A DNA stretch of 64,000 nt from Candidatus Uhrbacteria bacterium (GTDB lineage: Bacteria > Patescibacteriota > Patescibacteriia > UBA9934 > GWF2-40-263): the NCBI GenBank assembly GCA_016188475.1, contig JACPHT010000006.1, positions 68,313 to 132,312 on the forward strand, in the 5' to 3' direction. Numbering within the stretch: the stretch's first letter is position 1; each line of letters begins with the position of its first letter. This document shows, piece after piece, positions 60,165-64,000 of this stretch. The position numbers were made by a program, and so were the translations under genes. Under the pieces are notes generated by a model that saw only the letters and a list, made by a program, of their open reading frames with translations, was not told the origin of the DNA and did not search any database.

Positions 60165-60306
60165 ACCCGGTAGTACAACAATGATATTTATTATCTGTTA
60201 GTATTTATTTGTAGGACATTATTACAACTCCTTAAGTGGGGTGTCGTACAACCAAAATCAATGCACAATAGAACAGGTGACAGATCATTATTGTCCTACC
60301 GGGCAT
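60163..60306 (-). repeat. Start-codon-associated long-stem element family B, copy at secD
   Basis: Same arms as the secF copy; TATG flanks both ends on the minus strand. Confidence 0.88.
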
Positions 60307-60374
60307 ACGGCGATAAGTCTAAAAGAAAACCACGATTGGCGCAAGTGGATGAAAAATCGTAAAATACATAAATT

Positions 60375-61625
60375 ATGAACATCAAAAAAACTCTCAAACG
60401 GCTCGGACCTGGATTTATCACCGGCGCTGCCGACGATGATCCGTCTGGAATCGCAGCTTATTCACAATCCGGAGTTCATTTTGGATACGGACAACTTTGG
60501 ACAGCTCTATTCTCATTTCCATTTATGGCCGCTGTTCAAGAAATGTGCGGTCGAATCGGAATGGTAACTGGCAACGGATTGTCTGGAGTGATTCGCAAAC
60601 ATTATTCCAAGCCAATACTTGGAATCATGGTAACACTCCTTGTTGCCGCAAACACAATAAACATAGGAGCGGATTTGGGCGCAATGGCATCAGCTACTCA
60701 ACTGATACTTGGTTTGCCTTTTATTTTTTGGCTTCTTGTTTTAACAGCGTCCACACTTGTACTAGAAATTTTCATTTCATATCCAAAGTATTCCAAAATT
60801 CTAAAATATCTCACTTTTTCATTATTCGCTTACATCATTGTTGCTTTTATTGTTAAACAAGATTGGAAACTCGTTGCTTTTTCAACTTTCATACCATCGT
60901 TTTCACTTGAAAAAGAATATCTGCTGAACATTGTCGCAATCCTTGGAACAACAATCTCGCCGTATCTTTTTTTCTGGCAAGCTGACGAAGAAGTCGAAGA
61001 AGAAGTCGAAGAACACAAAATTTCCGGAATTGGAGAAGGACAACCTAAATTCAATCTTGGTGACTTAAAAGGAATGCGGATTGATACGATCTTGGGAATG
61101 TTTTTTTCAAACCTTGTGATGTTTTTTATTATCATGACAGCCGCATCAACAATAAGATTGAGCGGAATAACAAGCATTGATACCGCTTCGCAAGCCGCGG
61201 AAGCGCTTCGTCCGTTGGCTGGAGATTTTACTTTTTTAATTTTTACTTTGGGAATTTTAGGAACAGGATTGCTCGCGGTTCCAATTCTTGCTGGTTCTGC
61301 ATCGTACGCAGTTTCAGAAGCGTTTGGATGGAAAAGTGGATTATATAGAAAATTTAAAGAAGCTCACGGATTTTACGGAGTTATAACTGTCGCTATCATA
61401 GTTGGACTGATTATAAATTTTCTAAATATCCCTTCATTCAAGATGTTATACTACACAGCGATCTTCAATGGACTTGCCGCGCCTCCACTTCTCATTTTGA
61501 TTCTTCTGATTTCAAACAACAAAAAAATAATGGGGAAATACACAAACGGAAAACTTTCAAATGTTTTGGGTATTTTGATTGCTGGAATCATGATCATCGC
61601 AGGAATTGCAATTTTCGTGTTGTAA
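60375..61625 (+). CDS. NRAMP-family divalent metal transporter
   Basis: GPGFITGAADDDPSG, QEMCGRIG, LGTTISPYLFFWQ. Confidence 0.9.
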   Translation: MNIKKTLKRLGPGFITGAADDDPSGIAAYSQSGVHFGYGQLWTALFSFPFMAAVQEMCGRIGMVTGNGLSGVIRKHYSKPILGIMVTLLVAANTINIGADLGAMASATQLILGLPFIFWLLVLTASTLVLEIFISYPKYSKILKYLTFSLFAYIIVAFIVKQDWKLVAFSTFIPSFSLEKEYLLNIVAILGTTISPYLFFWQADEEVEEEVEEHKISGIGEGQPKFNLGDLKGMRIDTILGMFFSNLVMFFIIMTAASTIRLSGITSIDTASQAAEALRPLAGDFTFLIFTLGILGTGLLAVPILAGSASYAVSEAFGWKSGLYRKFKEAHGFYGVITVAIIVGLIINFLNIPSFKMLYYTAIFNGLAAPPLLILILLISNNKKIMGKYTNGKLSNVLGILIAGIMIIAGIAIFVL

Positions 61626-61631
61626 GTGTTG

Positions 61632-64000
61632 TCACACACCATGACAACGCTTGAATTTCTTCCCGCTTCCGCAATAGCATGGGTCATTTCGTCCGAGTTT
61701 TTTATCCTCTCCCACTCGCCCCATTTCTCCCTTTTCTCCCTCTCCTCCAGCCATAACAATTCCCTTCTTTTCAAAAACTGAACGATCAAGCTCTGCTTGA
61801 ACTTTCATATCAACCGCGTGTTTGGCGTATTTGAAAAACGAATATGTAATTTCAGAATTGATCGAGGACAGTAATCGCTGAAATAAATCAAATCCTTCTT
61901 TTTTATATTCAACGAGCGGATCGCGCTGACCATATCCGCGCAAACCAATTCCAGTGCGAAGCGCTCCCATTCCAGCCAAATGATCAATCCAAAGAATATC
62001 TATCGCCCGCAAAATCACTCCGCGTTCGATGTGATAAATTTCTTTTTTGTCTTCAAACAAATCATAAAGTTGATTATATGAACCGCGAACAATTTCCATA
62101 ATTGCCTCAATCAATTTCGTTTGTTTTTCCGCCAGATCTTTTTTATCTTCAAGCGAACCATATTCTAATTTTAGAATTTCATCTTTTTGAATTTCCGAAA
62201 GCGGAATAATAGTTTGAAGTGTTTCAACAATCTCTGACTTTTTTTGTTTTCTATCTTTGCTCTCTTGGTCCTCTGGGCCATTCCCCAAATGGAACAAAAC
62301 GACCTGTTCAACTTCACCCTCGATAATATCGAGCACACGTTCTTTCAATTTCTCCGGCGAGTTCGCAAACGTTTCCAAAATATCTCGACGTCGCGCGTAA
62401 ATGACTTCTCGATGTTTGTTCAAAACATCATCGTACTCAAGCAAATGTTTTCGAGTGTCAAAATGATGACCCTCAACACGTTCCTGCGCTTTTTCCATTG
62501 CGCGCGAAACCATTTTGTTTTCAATCGGCATGTCGTCAGGAATTCCAAGACGATCCATCATTGACTTTGTTCGATCTGATCCGAAAATTCGCATAAGATC
62601 ATCGTCCATTGAAAGATAAAACTGCGATGAACCAGGGTCTCCCTGACGCCCTGAACGGCCGCGCAACTGATTGTCAATGCGACGAGCGTCATGACGCTCT
62701 GTACCTATAACATGCAACCCACCGAGTTCTTTTACGCGCTGTTCTTCTAAAGCGTCCGGCGGATTTCCACCTAAACGAATGTCAACTCCGCGTCCTGCCA
62801 TGTTTGTTGCGATAGTAACAGCGCCGACTCGTCCGGCTTGAGCAATGATTTCAGCTTCGCGCGCGTGGTTTTTCGCGTTCAAAACCTCGTGCGGAACTCC
62901 AGCTTTTGTTAATAGTTCAGAAAGCACTTCGTTTTTTTCAACTGAAACTGTTCCAACTAACTGCGGTTGACCTTTTTCATGAAGCGCTTTGATTTCTTGA
63001 ACAAGCGCTGTAAATTTTCCTTTTTCAGATTTATAAATTCGATCTGGCAAATCATTTCTAGCTGCGGGTTTGTTTGTTGGAATTTCAGTCACTTCCAAAT
63101 CATAAATTTTCGCAAATTCTTCTGCTTCTGTTGCGGCAGTTCCTGTCATACCTGAAAGTTTTTCGTACATGCGAAAAAGATTTTGAAAAGTAATTGTCGC
63201 GAGTGTTTGGCTTTCTTTTTGAATCGCAACTCCTTCTTTTGCTTCGATTGCTTGATGAATTCCTTCTGAAAAACGACGGCCTTGCATAAGACGACCAGTA
63301 AATTCATCAACAATAATTACTTCGCCGTCTTTCACGATGTAATGAATGTCTTTTTTGTAATTCGCTCGCGCTCGAAGCGCAGTGTCAGCAAAACGAGCGT
63401 GCATTCCAGCTCCAACAGCATAAAGATTTTCAACTCCAAGAGCGCGTTCAATTTTTTCAATTCCGGCGTCTGAAAGTGTTGCTGTTCTCATTTTTTCGTC
63501 AACGTTAAAATCTTCATTCTCTGTTAAACCTGCTACAATTTGCGCAAAACGAGAATACAAAACATCTGATTCCTCTGACGGAGCTGAAATAATAAGTGGA
63601 GTTCGAGCTTCATCAATCAAAATAGAATCGATTTCATCAACGATCGCGTAATGCAAATCTCTCATCACGCACTGCTCAACAGTCGGCGACATGTTGTCGC
63701 GCAAATAATCAAAACCAAATTGATTGTTTGTACCATACGTGATGTCAGCCGTGTATGCTTCTTTGCGCGGACACGGTCGCAAATAATCTTCGCGAACGTG
63801 AAATGATTCGGTTTGAATTTCAACCTCTGTCTCCACTTGTCTTCCATTGTCTTCCATTTGCTTATATTCCGGATCATAAATCAATCCACCATCTTGCTGA
63901 ATACATCCAACGCTCAAACCTAAAAAGTGAAACACTTGTCCCATCCAAACAGTGTCACGGCGAGCGAGATAATCGTTGACCGTAACAAGATGACAACCTT
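61632..64000 (-). CDS. secA: Protein translocase subunit SecA; 5' part lies outside the window
   Basis: VTVNDYLARRD at the edge, VDEIDSILIDEARTPLIIS, ATNMAGRG, SEC-C GRNDPCYCGSGKKFKRCH. Confidence 0.97.
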   Translation of the reverse strand, partial: GCHLVTVNDYLARRDTVWMGQVFHFLGLSVGCIQQDGGLIYDPEYKQMEDNGRQVETEVEIQTESFHVREDYLRPCPRKEAYTADITYGTNNQFGFDYLRDNMSPTVEQCVMRDLHYAIVDEIDSILIDEARTPLIISAPSEESDVLYSRFAQIVAGLTENEDFNVDEKMRTATLSDAGIEKIERALGVENLYAVGAGMHARFADTALRARANYKKDIHYIVKDGEVIIVDEFTGRLMQGRRFSEGIHQAIEAKEGVAIQKESQTLATITFQNLFRMYEKLSGMTGTAATEAEEFAKIYDLEVTEIPTNKPAARNDLPDRIYKSEKGKFTALVQEIKALHEKGQPQLVGTVSVEKNEVLSELLTKAGVPHEVLNAKNHAREAEIIAQAGRVGAVTIATNMAGRGVDIRLGGNPPDALEEQRVKELGGLHVIGTERHDARRIDNQLRGRSGRQGDPGSSQFYLSMDDDLMRIFGSDRTKSMMDRLGIPDDMPIENKMVSRAMEKAQERVEGHHFDTRKHLLEYDDVLNKHREVIYARRRDILETFANSPEKLKERVLDIIEGEVEQVVLFHLGNGPEDQESKDRKQKKSEIVETLQTIIPLSEIQKDEILKLEYGSLEDKKDLAEKQTKLIEAIMEIVRGSYNQLYDLFEDKKEIYHIERGVILRAIDILWIDHLAGMGALRTGIGLRGYGQRDPLVEYKKEGFDLFQRLLSSINSEITYSFFKYAKHAVDMKVQAELDRSVFEKKGIVMAGGEGEKGEMGRVGEDKKLGRNDPCYCGSGKKFKRCHGV

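Noticed and set aside
1-64000. Alternative genetic code (TGA as Gly), and rRNA, tRNA or transposase genes
   Set aside because: Conserved genes are full length under code 11 and several end in TGA. I recognised no RNA gene or transposase by eye, though a covariance search was not possible.

Overview
This is 64 kb of AT-rich, gene-dense bacterial chromosome in the standard code (TGA is used as stop). The gene content and short, mostly Shine-Dalgarno-free leaders suggest a Patescibacteria/CPR genome (inference). Core genes include a UvrD-like helicase-nuclease, mreBCD-mrdA, znuABC, greA, lysS, alr, gltX, clpB with a CIRCE operator, priA-def-fmt, a polysaccharide cluster, the infA-rpmJ-rpsM-rpsK-rpsD-rpoA-rplQ-rplM-rpsI operon, alaS, murJ, corA, era, mnmA, a VirD4/HerA-like ATPase pair, secDF and secA. 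I saw no rRNA, tRNA, CRISPR array or transposase. The unusual signals are (1) several families of small palindromic elements at gene boundaries or in-frame within genes, notably a ~145-nt long-stem element placed exactly on the start codons of both secD and secF and an ~82-nt hairpin element with compensatory changes; (2) solitary genes, each with its own promoter, SD and terminator, including a PilM fused to a PilN-like peptide; (3) stripped-down core proteins (RpoA without alpha-CTD, PriA without helicase motifs); and (4) a dif-like 28-bp site.
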